Of a stretch of 15,377 bases of DNA, positions 1 through 8,524 are shown in pieces (within the stretch, counting starts at the first letter, position 1; every line of letters begins with the position of its first letter). A program made the translations under genes and the position numbers. The DNA comes from Candidatus Hermodarchaeota archaeon. Its GTDB lineage: Archaea; Asgardarchaeota; Lokiarchaeia; Sigyniarchaeales; SOKP01. The notes beneath the pieces are model-generated. The model had not been told where the DNA came from. It searched no databases and saw only the letters and a list, made by a program, of their open reading frames with translations. The DNA lies in contig JBHLLG010000063.1 in the NCBI GenBank assembly GCA_048885925.1, positions 1 through 15,377 of the forward strand, read 5' to 3'.

Positions 1-164
1 AAATAGGGAGGTTCTTTATATAATACTTCTTGTTTCGAAATTTCAAATTGTAGATTTAAACGCTTAATTTGATCAGGGAGATAAATTTCTTTTTCTTTCT
101 CATTTTTTTTAAATTCTAAAAATAGTTTATTTTGATCGCTCCAAAAAACTTGGAACAATTCCAT
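1..164 (-). CDS. Hypothetical protein, 5' part only (runs off the left edge)
   Basis: ATG at 164-162 opens a frame to the window edge: MELFQVFWSDQNKLFLEFKKNEKEKEIYLPDQIKRLNLQFEISKQEVLYKEPPY... Purine-rich AGGGT just upstream. Not in the ORF track because it has no stop in the window. Confidence 0.65.
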   Translation of the reverse strand, partial: MELFQVFWSDQNKLFLEFKKNEKEKEIYLPDQIKRLNLQFEISKQEVLYKEPPY

Positions 165-313
165 TTTGATATTTAACCCTTAATCGTTTACTTAAATCTT
201 ACAATTTATTTGATTTTTAATTATTAATCAAAAAATTCTAAAAAATATGTTGAGTCGTTTAATTTATTGATTTTTGAAAATATTTAAATAAAGATATGAA
301 TTTAAAGAAATTA

Positions 314-697
314 CTAATCCTTTTTTAGATCAGATAAATAATATATAGGTTTTTCTAATACTTTTTTAAAATATTCAATTTCTTCTTTTGTTTCATTACC
401 AATATAATCATTAATATCGAGTACTAAAATTGCATCCTGATCATACAACTTTTTTAAAGCTATTTCTTGTAATTTAGCCCATTCCGTTGTTGAGAATTCG
501 TTTTTATTTAATAATCCATCAACTGAGCAAATATATACAAGTTTTTTATATTTTATTTGTAAGATAGACTCAATCTTAATAAAATAGTCTTTAAAACGAA
601 TTGAGCCAACTAAAAATATTTTATTTTCCTTTATTCTTGAAAAATCATATATTTCAAAAGCTAACAAGAAATTCTTATTTAATCTTTCTTTTTCCAT
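314..697 (-). CDS. Nucleoside 2-deoxyribosyltransferase (NDT)-like / flavodoxin-fold protein
   Basis: IFLVGSIRFKDYF, KKLYDQDAILVLDINDYIGNETKEEIEYF and KPIYYL follow the NDT-superfamily pattern (beta1-GS, D-x-h-h-h, G-x-x-T-x-x-E, KP-h). Confidence 0.65.
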   Translation of the reverse strand: MEKERLNKNFLLAFEIYDFSRIKENKIFLVGSIRFKDYFIKIESILQIKYKKLVYICSVDGLLNKNEFSTTEWAKLQEIALKKLYDQDAILVLDINDYIGNETKEEIEYFKKVLEKPIYYLSDLKKD

Positions 698-733
698 AAT
701 ATACTATAATCTGGATATATTTTTAATTTTCAT

Positions 734-1537
734 ATGAAACTTAATTCTGTTTATTTGACTGAAAACTTAGAATTTTTGAAGCAGATTGATTCAAATTCAG
801 TTGATTTAATTTATATTGATCCACCATTTTTTAGTGGTGTTGATTATAAAGAATTTTCTGATTTATGGAATTCTCTCGATGATTATTTAAACTTCATGAG
901 GTTTAGAATTGATGAAATGTTTCGTGTTCTTAAAGAAACTGGAAGTTTTTATTGCCACTGTGATCCGAATGCTGTTTTTGAAATAAAGCTTTTATGTGAT
1001 AAAGTTTTTGGAAGAAAAAATTTTAGAAGAGAAATTATCTGGAATGTTGGGAGTGTTTCTGGATTCAAAAGTCAAGTGAAAGGTTGGGTGCGACAACATG
1101 ATACAATCTTATATTATACCAAATCAGATAATTTTACTTTTAACAAACAATATACACCTTATAAAGAGGAATATGTTAAGAAAATGTTTCGCTATAAAGA
1201 TGAGAATGGTCGTCTTTATAGAAAGAGGAGAGGGGGAAAGCAATATTTAGATGAAAAACTTGGTAATGCTATAGGGGATGTCTGGAATGACATCTACTCT
1301 TTTCAAACAACAACAAGATCAAAAGAATATCTTGGTTATCCCACTCAAAAGCCTGAGAAATTATTAGAGCGAATTATTTTAGCTTCATCAAATGAAGACA
1401 ATATTGTAGCAGACTTTTTTTGTGGTACTGGAACAACTTTAGCAGTAGCAAATAGATTAAATAGGAAATGGCTCGGGGTAGATAATAATCCAAAAGCTGT
1501 TGATTTATGTAGGAAACGATTAGGTATAAATGATTAA
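734..1537 (+). CDS. Site-specific DNA methyltransferase, N6-adenine/N4-cytosine, beta class (orphan in this window)
   Basis: Motif IV DLIYIDPPF near the N-terminus, YPTQKPEKLLERII, and motif I VADFFCGTGTT near the C-terminus. This order defines the beta class. Confidence 0.93.
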   Translation: MKLNSVYLTENLEFLKQIDSNSVDLIYIDPPFFSGVDYKEFSDLWNSLDDYLNFMRFRIDEMFRVLKETGSFYCHCDPNAVFEIKLLCDKVFGRKNFRREIIWNVGSVSGFKSQVKGWVRQHDTILYYTKSDNFTFNKQYTPYKEEYVKKMFRYKDENGRLYRKRRGGKQYLDEKLGNAIGDVWNDIYSFQTTTRSKEYLGYPTQKPEKLLERIILASSNEDNIVADFFCGTGTTLAVANRLNRKWLGVDNNPKAVDLCRKRLGIND

Positions 1538-1680
1538 TCAGAGTAATATTCAAAAGATTTTATTTGAATCCAATAAGTAAAATTAGTTTAGAATTAGCTA
1601 AAGAATATCAAAATTGGTAAGTAACCATCACATTGATTTATATATTTAATTCACTATTTTTTTCATATACCATTTTTGTA

Positions 1681-1697
1681 AAAAGTCTTTAATATAT
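1681..1697 (+). promoter_or_regulatory. Putative BRE/TATA promoter of the large surface-protein gene
   Basis: AAAAGTC-TTTAATATAT lies about 20-30 nt upstream of 1715. It favours TTG 1733 (preceded by GGGG at 1721-1724) as the real start. Confidence 0.5.
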
Positions 1698-1714
1698 AAG
1701 AATATACTTTAAAA

Positions 1715-4700
1715 TTGCACGGGGTTTTTAGGTTGAGAAAAAATAAAGCTAAATTTCAATTTATATTAATTCTATTTATTTTAATTCCAATTTGTTCTTT
1801 GATAAAAAGTAATATTGATAATGATCGTAATAGTGAAAATACTGAATCTAATTATGAAAAATATTCATTACCTTACACATCAAGCGCTTCTCTAAAGATT
1901 TGTTATTTTAACTATTATAAAGAAATTACAATAGATCCTTCAAAAGTTGAAGAAGATCTTACTAATTTTCCACTATTAATTTCTATTATTGATTCTGATC
2001 TACATACAGAGGTACAAGATGATGGTGATGATATTGCTTTTCATAATGGTTCAAATTGGTTAGATCATGAGATAGAGCTTTTTCAAAAAGATTTTAATGG
2101 AACTCATGCTCGATTAATAGCATGGGTTAAAGTTCCTTCGCTTTCAAGTACTAGCGATACTAAAATCTATATGTATTATGGCAATTCGACGATGGAAGCA
2201 CAAGAAAAACCTACCGAGGTTTGGACGTCAAATTATAAAGCAGTTTGGCATTTAAATACAACATTATTAGACTCAACTGCTAATAACAATGATGGAACAA
2301 ATTCTGTACCTGGACCTGATGATGTTTCCGCTTTCATTGCTAGGGGTCGAGATTATGATGACACCGCCAGTGATTATTCAAATATGGGAAAACAAAGTAG
2401 CATAAATAACTTATTTAATGGAGGAGCAACGATATCAGCCTGGATCTATCCTGAAAGTTATGGTGGTGGGAATTATGGACGAATCATCGATAAAGCTTCA
2501 GCAACTGACGGTAGTAATGGGTGGTCAATGTGTGTTGATGGAGTTCCAAGCCCTTCTAAACATTTATTGTTTTTTCGTGGTTTCAGTGACAACAGAGGAT
2601 TATGGTATACACCTCAAGATTCTATACCTACTAATCAATGGTCTTATGTTGTAGTTACATATAATGATGACTCTGCATCATATGATCCTAAAATCTATAT
2701 TAATGGGATAGAGCAATCAATAGTTGAAGATCTCTATGCAACACCAGAAGGAACTGCTAGTGACGATACTGCCCAAACTCTTTTAATAGGAAATCATTTG
2801 AGTACATTAACTCGCGGATTTTGTGGATTCATTGACGAAGTGAGGTTGTTAAAAGAGAGAAAGTTATCTGGTTGGATTCTAACAGAATATCGTAATCAAA
2901 ATGATCCTGAATCATTTTATACAGTTAGTTCCTCCATTGAAGTTGAAAAGATTCCTCCTGATATTACAATAAAATTACCAATCGATAATAATTTATTTAG
3001 CGCTATAGCACCAGAATTCAATGTTGAAATTAATGATAGTAGTAGTATTGATTCAATGTGGTATCGTTTACATAATGGGACTGTAACCACGATTAATACA
3101 ATTTTTAAGGCAAATGAGACAATTAATCAAACACGATGGAATGAGATGGGAAATGGAACAGTAACTATTCAATTTTTTGCGAATGATTCTTGTGGGAATG
3201 AGGGTTTTTCAGAAGTTATTGTTCGAAAAGATATTAAACCCCCTTCAATAATAATTCATTCTCCAAACTATTTCGATCTTTACGGAAGTCCTCCTCCGAC
3301 CTATAATGTGGAAATTTGGGATCCTAACGGTGTAAATACTACGTGGTATACCTTAAATAACGGTATAGATATTCCCTTCACAGGAAATGGTACAATATCA
3401 CAATCAGCTTGGAATTTATGTGGTAATGGTACGGTTTCAATTAAATTTTATGCGAATGATTCCTTGGGCAATGAAGGTTTTTCAGAAGTTACTGTTAGAA
3501 AAGAGATAGAATCTCCAAACATTACGATTTTTTCGCCCCATAATTACGATCTTTTTGGAAAAATAGCTCCAAACTTTACTGTAGAAATTTGGGACAATAA
3601 TGGCGTAAATACTACGTGGTATACGTTAAATAATGGTATAAATACTCCCTTCACTGAAAACGGTACAATTTCACAATCAGCTTGGAATTTTTGGGGTAAT
3701 GGTACGGTTTCAATTAAATTTTATGCGAATAACTCATTGGGTAATACTGATTTTGAAGAAATAATTGTTTGGAAAGATGTGATAGATCCTGTAATTGTAA
3801 TTTACTCCCCCGATCCTGATGATTTATTTGGGAGAAATGCTCCTTCTTATAATGTTATAATTACTGACCCTAACGGAGTTGACACTAAGTGGTATACCAT
3901 TGATGGGGGAATTACAAATACTACTTTTACAGCAAACGGGATTATAAATCAAGGCTTATGGGAACTTCGAGGAAATGGTACAGTGGCAATTAGGTTTTAT
4001 GCAAATGATTCCTTAAGCAATGAAGGTTATTCAGAAGTTATTGTTCGAAAAGATATTGAGCCCCCTTTAATGCAGATTCTTTATCCTACCCCTGATGAAT
4101 TATTTGGAGCAATTGCTCCTAATTTCAATATTGAGATAATTGATTCTAGTGGTATTGACCCCACAAAGTGGTATTCGATCAATGATGGAATAAACATAAC
4201 ATTCATTTCAAATGGAACTATTAATCAACCATTATGGAATCTTGAAGAAAACGGAACTGTTACAATTAAATTTTATGCAAGAGACTTATTAGGAAATGAA
4301 GGATTTTCAGAAGTGATAGTTCGAAAAGATATTGAACCTCCTTCGATACAAATTAATACTCCACATGATGACGACATATTTAATGAATTAGCTCCTACCT
4401 TTGAAGTAGAAATTTGGGATATTAATGGTATTAATATGACGTGGTATACTTTAAATAACGGTATAGATATTCCCTTTACTGGAAATGGTACAATATCACA
4501 ATCAGCTTGGGATATATGTGATTATGGTGCTGTTTCAATCAAATTCTATGCGAATGACTCTTTGGGTAATGAAGATTTTTCAGGAGTGGTCGTTCAAAAA
4601 GAACTTAATCCACCCTCAATTGAAATTTATAATCCCATTACAGATCAACTATTTGGTGAGACTCCTCCTGCTTTTAATGTTAAGATAACTGATCTTAATG

Positions 4701-6403
4701 GCATAGATACTATGTGGTACTCTCTTGATGGAGGATTAACAAATACAACTTTTACCATTAATGGGTCAATTAATCAAGCAATTTGGGATACATTCGGAGA
4801 TGAAAGTATTACCATAAGATTTTATGCAAATAATAGTCTAGGAATAATCGGATTTTCAGAAGTGTCAATATTAAAAGATATTTATGCTCCAATGATTATG
4901 ATTAATACTCCAAATAATAACTCATATTGTAATAAAGCACCTATCATTAATATAGATGCGGATGATATTAATTTAGACAAATTATGGTGTAAAATTGGAA
5001 GTAGTGATATTTTACTTATAAATGGTGGAGATTTTCAATTAAATACTTCCATTTGGAATAGTTTAGCCGAGGGATCTTTTCAGATCTTTATTTATGCCAA
5101 TGATACGAGTGGTCATTTAAATGATACTTTCATATTAAACCTCTGTAAAGATACAGTTAACCCAAATGAACCAATTATTTCAGATCCTCCAATAGGAGAT
5201 GTTTCTTTGCCGATTATTTTTGATTGGGAAGAAGTAACTGATGCATCGGGAATTGCTTATTATCGATTAATTATAGACACAGAAGACAATCCTTTTATGA
5301 CTCCTGGTTTTGTATTTGAAATAAATATTAGCTCAACAAGCAGCTATTATGAATTACTTGAGTATTTAGCTCCGAGAAATTACAACTTTTTTATATATGC
5401 GATTGATACTGCTGGAAATCAGGGAGATCCTGCTTCTGGTACTTTTACTATAATAAGTGCATCTGCAGCTCCTTCAGAATTTCCATGGTGGATAATTTTA
5501 ATAATAGCAGTTCCTTTGGGATTAGCTATAGTTCTAGTTAGCCTTAAAAAGTCAAAAAAGAAAAATATACAAGTAGTAGTAATAGACAAGGAATTAGATA
5601 AATTAAAACAAAAAAGAGCTGAATTAGACATAGAAGCTAAATCTGCTATGAAAGCATATAATTACCCAAAGGCTGCAGAAATTTATGAAGAGTGTGGAAA
5701 AATATCGTTTTCATTGTATCAAGAAGGAGATAAACTTGAACAATATAGATATAAAAACTTTAAGGGCTTAGAATTGGAAGCAAGATCGAAAGCAGAAGCC
5801 ATTCCTTTAAGAAATGCTTGTATTAATAAAGTATTGACAAAATTCTTTGATGAGAATGAAATAAAGTATTATTCAGATCCTCAAATCTACCCAGATTCCC
5901 AAGAAACTATTAATGGAATAATCCTAAATGACAATAGATTTTTAGAGCATCGACTCACTAATTTTGAAGATGGATCAGATCTAGCTGATGAATTAAAAAT
6001 AAATCCAAAGAATATGGAGAATATCAACGCTATACAGATTTTATACACTAAAAATTTAAACGAAGATGCAATAGTTGAATCTTGTAAAAAGTATCAAAAT
6101 CCAGAAATGATGCTTTTTATTGTTGGAGTTGAATGGCTTGCTTATCATTATGATGACACATTGACTCTTCCTCAAGATAAAAATATTAATTATCCTGAAA
6201 ATATTAAAGTGATAAATCTAAATTTATTTTCCAGAATATTTCAGATAACTAACGAATATCAAAAAGAACTTAATAAAATCATGGAGTTAAAGGACGATTT
6301 AGAGGTTTTAAAGAAATTATATGAATCCAGAAAAATTACATTGCATGATACCACAGAATTAAAAGAGGAGCTTAAACAAAAAGGATGGTTTTTCTTAATT
6401 TAA
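1715..6403 (+). CDS. Large single-pass cell-surface protein: N-terminal signal/TM, DUF2341, LamG/ConA-like, 8 Ig-like repeats, FN3-like, TM, about 285-aa cytoplasmic tail
   Basis: Hydrophobic FQFILILFILIPICSLI. DUF2341-type DGDDIAF...LDHEIE...AWVKVPSLS...IYMYYGN. LamG-type TISAWIYP...WSYVVVTY...IYING...GFIDEVR. Repeats of KD-x-x-PP...WY...FYANDS-x-GN. TM PWWIILIIAVPLGLAIVLVSL followed by KKSKKK. Start may be TTG 1733. Confidence 0.88.
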   Translation: MHGVFRLRKNKAKFQFILILFILIPICSLIKSNIDNDRNSENTESNYEKYSLPYTSSASLKICYFNYYKEITIDPSKVEEDLTNFPLLISIIDSDLHTEVQDDGDDIAFHNGSNWLDHEIELFQKDFNGTHARLIAWVKVPSLSSTSDTKIYMYYGNSTMEAQEKPTEVWTSNYKAVWHLNTTLLDSTANNNDGTNSVPGPDDVSAFIARGRDYDDTASDYSNMGKQSSINNLFNGGATISAWIYPESYGGGNYGRIIDKASATDGSNGWSMCVDGVPSPSKHLLFFRGFSDNRGLWYTPQDSIPTNQWSYVVVTYNDDSASYDPKIYINGIEQSIVEDLYATPEGTASDDTAQTLLIGNHLSTLTRGFCGFIDEVRLLKERKLSGWILTEYRNQNDPESFYTVSSSIEVEKIPPDITIKLPIDNNLFSAIAPEFNVEINDSSSIDSMWYRLHNGTVTTINTIFKANETINQTRWNEMGNGTVTIQFFANDSCGNEGFSEVIVRKDIKPPSIIIHSPNYFDLYGSPPPTYNVEIWDPNGVNTTWYTLNNGIDIPFTGNGTISQSAWNLCGNGTVSIKFYANDSLGNEGFSEVTVRKEIESPNITIFSPHNYDLFGKIAPNFTVEIWDNNGVNTTWYTLNNGINTPFTENGTISQSAWNFWGNGTVSIKFYANNSLGNTDFEEIIVWKDVIDPVIVIYSPDPDDLFGRNAPSYNVIITDPNGVDTKWYTIDGGITNTTFTANGIINQGLWELRGNGTVAIRFYANDSLSNEGYSEVIVRKDIEPPLMQILYPTPDELFGAIAPNFNIEIIDSSGIDPTKWYSINDGINITFISNGTINQPLWNLEENGTVTIKFYARDLLGNEGFSEVIVRKDIEPPSIQINTPHDDDIFNELAPTFEVEIWDINGINMTWYTLNNGIDIPFTGNGTISQSAWDICDYGAVSIKFYANDSLGNEDFSGVVVQKELNPPSIEIYNPITDQLFGETPPAFNVKITDLNGIDTMWYSLDGGLTNTTFTINGSINQAIWDTFGDESITIRFYANNSLGIIGFSEVSILKDIYAPMIMINTPNNNSYCNKAPIINIDADDINLDKLWCKIGSSDILLINGGDFQLNTSIWNSLAEGSFQIFIYANDTSGHLNDTFILNLCKDTVNPNEPIISDPPIGDVSLPIIFDWEEVTDASGIAYYRLIIDTEDNPFMTPGFVFEINISSTSSYYELLEYLAPRNYNFFIYAIDTAGNQGDPASGTFTIISASAAPSEFPWWIILIIAVPLGLAIVLVSLKKSKKKNIQVVVIDKELDKLKQKRAELDIEAKSAMKAYNYPKAAEIYEECGKISFSLYQEGDKLEQYRYKNFKGLELEARSKAEAIPLRNACINKVLTKFFDENEIKYYSDPQIYPDSQETINGIILNDNRFLEHRLTNFEDGSDLADELKINPKNMENINAIQILYTKNLNEDAIVESCKKYQNPEMMLFIVGVEWLAYHYDDTLTLPQDKNINYPENIKVINLNLFSRIFQITNEYQKELNKIMELKDDLEVLKKLYESRKITLHDTTELKEELKQKGWFFLI
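2948..5150 (+). repeat. Eight tandem Ig-like coding repeats of about 273-282 nt
   Basis: Units begin near 2948, 3230, 3503, 3776, 4052, 4328, 4601 and 4877. Units 2, 3 and 6 share long near-identical DNA (acgtggtatac.ttaaataa.ggtata.ata.tccctt.ac.g.aaa.ggtacaat.tcacaatcagcttgg). Confidence 0.9.
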
Positions 6404-6404
6404 C

Positions 6405-6421
6405 TTTTTTTTCTTTTTTTT
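6405..6421 (+). terminator. Oligo-T archaeal terminator between convergent genes
   Basis: T8-C-T8 directly after the stop codon at 6403. Confidence 0.6.
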
Positions 6422-6429
6422 GACTCATT

Positions 6430-8007
6430 CTAAATAAGATTCTTAATAGTATTTAACATTGCTTTCAATTGACTATGAATTTCCAAGTGATATTCATTTC
6501 CAATCTTAAAAAAAATTATGGACCCCATTTTTCTTTCTAATTCTTCATCTAATCTAAGTTGTTCTAGTAATTTCGACCAATTGTTTTTTTCACTTACTTG
6601 AATTCCTATTATCAAAACTTTATTCTTCTGAACATATTCAATAATTTTACTAACTATATAACGCCATTTAGGATTAATGTTCTCTTTTTCTCTTGCATCG
6701 AATATACAAAAAATTCCGTCTGAATCAGAAACGTCTTTTAAAAAATAAATACAATTTTTTAAAGTCAAACCATTTGAATAGTGATAATATTTCTCATCCT
6801 CTCCATCCTTAAAATCTAAAATATCTTTACTGTCATTGATTCCAACCATCATTTGTAAGGCAGGATTCCATATCGGGTTTTCAGTTATAAAACTAAGAAT
6901 CAATTTATCTTTAATTTGTAAAATAGACCTAATTTCACTCAATAACTCTTCATTTCGTTGTTGTTGAGCGACTTCTCTACATTTAGTAATAAAATTGTGA
7001 GCAATCAATCTGAAAGCATCTTCAATATTCTCTCCTGTTAATGCACTAGTTTCAAGATATAAAATATTTGTATTTGTAATTTCAATTAAGCTTTTTGTTA
7101 ACTTTAGAGCATCTTCATTATTAATTTTACGTTCAATAATTAAATCTTTTTTATTTCCAATAATTATGACTGGTAGATTTTTATTATCAATGAATTGAAT
7201 TAATTCGCTAAACCAGTTTTTTACATTTTCAAAAGATCTTGCGTTAGTAAGATCAAAAACAATAAACGCTGCTTGGGCTCCACTATAATACGTTTTTCTA
7301 TACCTTCTAAAATATTCCTGTGCTCCTATATCCCAAAGAGATATGTTTATTTCATTTCCAAACGATTCAAACTTATGAGAAATTATATTAAGACCAATAG
7401 TAGCCCGATAATCTGCTAAAAATCTATCTTCAGCAAATCTACGGATAATTGAACTCTTACCTACATTGTGATCTCCAATAATTATAAATTTAAAATTATA
7501 CATTCCATTGGTATCTAGACTTAATTGATATAATTGGTTTTTAAGTCGTTTTGCTTGTTGAGCTTCATAATCAAAATCCGGAATAATTAATTGAATTTGA
7601 GCTTCTTGTTCAATTGAAAGAATTTGTGCGGTCTTTTCCGCAAGAAAATAACCATAAGGAGCCATTTTCTCAATGGAAGCCATATTGCTTAATACAATAC
7701 TGAGCATAATATTTTCATTTACTGATATAAAAATTAATCGATGACTTTCAGTCTCAAATGAACAAGCTCCAAATTTTTTAAAATCAAATTCATAGCGAAT
7801 TCTATCCAAAATAGGATTTATAATAGTTGTTAATACTGAAACAATCTCCATATCTATATTTTCTCGTTTTTCTCCCGCAATGATTAACCCTTCTTCATCA
7901 GAGACAATTATAGCTTCAATATCTCTATTAATTTCCAAAAAATTATTTAATAACTCAGTGAAAAATAAATTTTTGTTTAATGACAATATTGTTTCTCCTT
8001 GTATCAC
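6430..8007 (-). CDS. Roadblock/LC7 domain + Rab/Ras-like small GTPase + degenerate C-terminal G-domain fusion
   Basis: N-terminal IEAIIVSDEEGLIIAG (roadblock). G1 GDHNVGKS (7453-7476), G2 YRATIG, G3 variant WDIGAQE (7315-7335), G4 NKKD (7144-7155), G5 ETSALTG. C-terminal SDGIFCIFDA...VLIIGI. Confidence 0.9.
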   Translation of the reverse strand: MIQGETILSLNKNLFFTELLNNFLEINRDIEAIIVSDEEGLIIAGEKRENIDMEIVSVLTTIINPILDRIRYEFDFKKFGACSFETESHRLIFISVNENIMLSIVLSNMASIEKMAPYGYFLAEKTAQILSIEQEAQIQLIIPDFDYEAQQAKRLKNQLYQLSLDTNGMYNFKFIIIGDHNVGKSSIIRRFAEDRFLADYRATIGLNIISHKFESFGNEINISLWDIGAQEYFRRYRKTYYSGAQAAFIVFDLTNARSFENVKNWFSELIQFIDNKNLPVIIIGNKKDLIIERKINNEDALKLTKSLIEITNTNILYLETSALTGENIEDAFRLIAHNFITKCREVAQQQRNEELLSEIRSILQIKDKLILSFITENPIWNPALQMMVGINDSKDILDFKDGEDEKYYHYSNGLTLKNCIYFLKDVSDSDGIFCIFDAREKENINPKWRYIVSKIIEYVQKNKVLIIGIQVSEKNNWSKLLEQLRLDEELERKMGSIIFFKIGNEYHLEIHSQLKAMLNTIKNLI

Positions 8008-8034
8008 TTACAATTTAAATAACAAAAAGAATCA

Positions 8035-8050
8035 TTATAATACTTTTTTC
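8035..8050 (-). promoter_or_regulatory. Putative BRE/TATA promoter for a leaderless GTPase-fusion transcript
   Basis: Minus strand GAAAAAAG-TATTATAA ends 27 nt before the GTG at 8007. Confidence 0.55.
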
Positions 8051-8211
8051 CCTTGATTATATAATGAAATATCAATTATTTAAATATGATTAAGCTAAAA
8101 TTCATTAAAAGAGTAATTCCCTCTCTCTTTACTAACCTTTTCAAATAAAATATGAATTAAAATATGATATATACAAAAATAAATTTATATTACTTTCATA
8201 AAACAAGATTT

Positions 8212-8490
8212 TTATTTTCTGATGATAGTATTATTGATTCTGAATCATTTATTAGCATCCTTAAGGTTATTAACTACTTTTTTTTGGGAGATCTTGCTTT
8301 TTTTAATAACATTTAAATTTCTTTATCTAAAGGAGGATCTTAGAACTTATACAAGCAGATCTATATTATTTATTGTTATTAATTTTAGGATATTTCAAAA
8401 TCATATATTATTCTTTACTTACAAATAATGGGGATTTAATTTATTGTTATTATATTTGGAATTTCCTTTTTAACAGCATTTACTTCAGAA
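8212..8490 (-). pseudogene. Decayed tandem paralog of the adjacent STAS/SEC14-like gene
   Basis: Minus-strand translation across frameshifts gives ILKYPKINNNK*YRSACISS/DPPLDKEI*MLLKKARSPK/KVVNNLKDANK*FRINNTIIRK*. This aligns with ILDFLKKNNERLVRSSYIVENNPVLDKEAQILLERADSPKRKLVTNFDDAKEWIGIKKIIIEKD of 8525-8902. The 5' boundary is approximate. Confidence 0.82.
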
Positions 8491-8524
8491 ATGAAAAAAA
8501 GATTTTTAAGAAATGATATAACAA

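Noticed and set aside
1530-1620. Tiny ORF (MINQSNIQKILFESNK*) overlapping the MTase stop, as a remnant of a lost endonuclease partner
   Set aside because: The overlap is suggestive, but 16 codons with no recognisable motif cannot support a call.
3341-4575. Near-identical repeats as a diversity-generating retroelement TR/VR pair
   Set aside because: Differences are mostly synonymous and include many C/T changes, so they are not adenine-specific. No reverse transcriptase is present.
2418-4688. Short + strand ORFs 2418-2654 and 4485-4688
   Set aside because: Out-of-frame ORFs nested in the 1562-aa gene with no recognisable motifs.
5419-5631. 70-aa minus-strand ORF
   Set aside because: Antisense shadow of the TM region of the large gene.
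8222-8428. 68-aa hydrophobic + strand ORF
   Set aside because: Antisense to the STAS/SEC14-like pseudogene. Its hydrophobicity follows from T-rich sequence.
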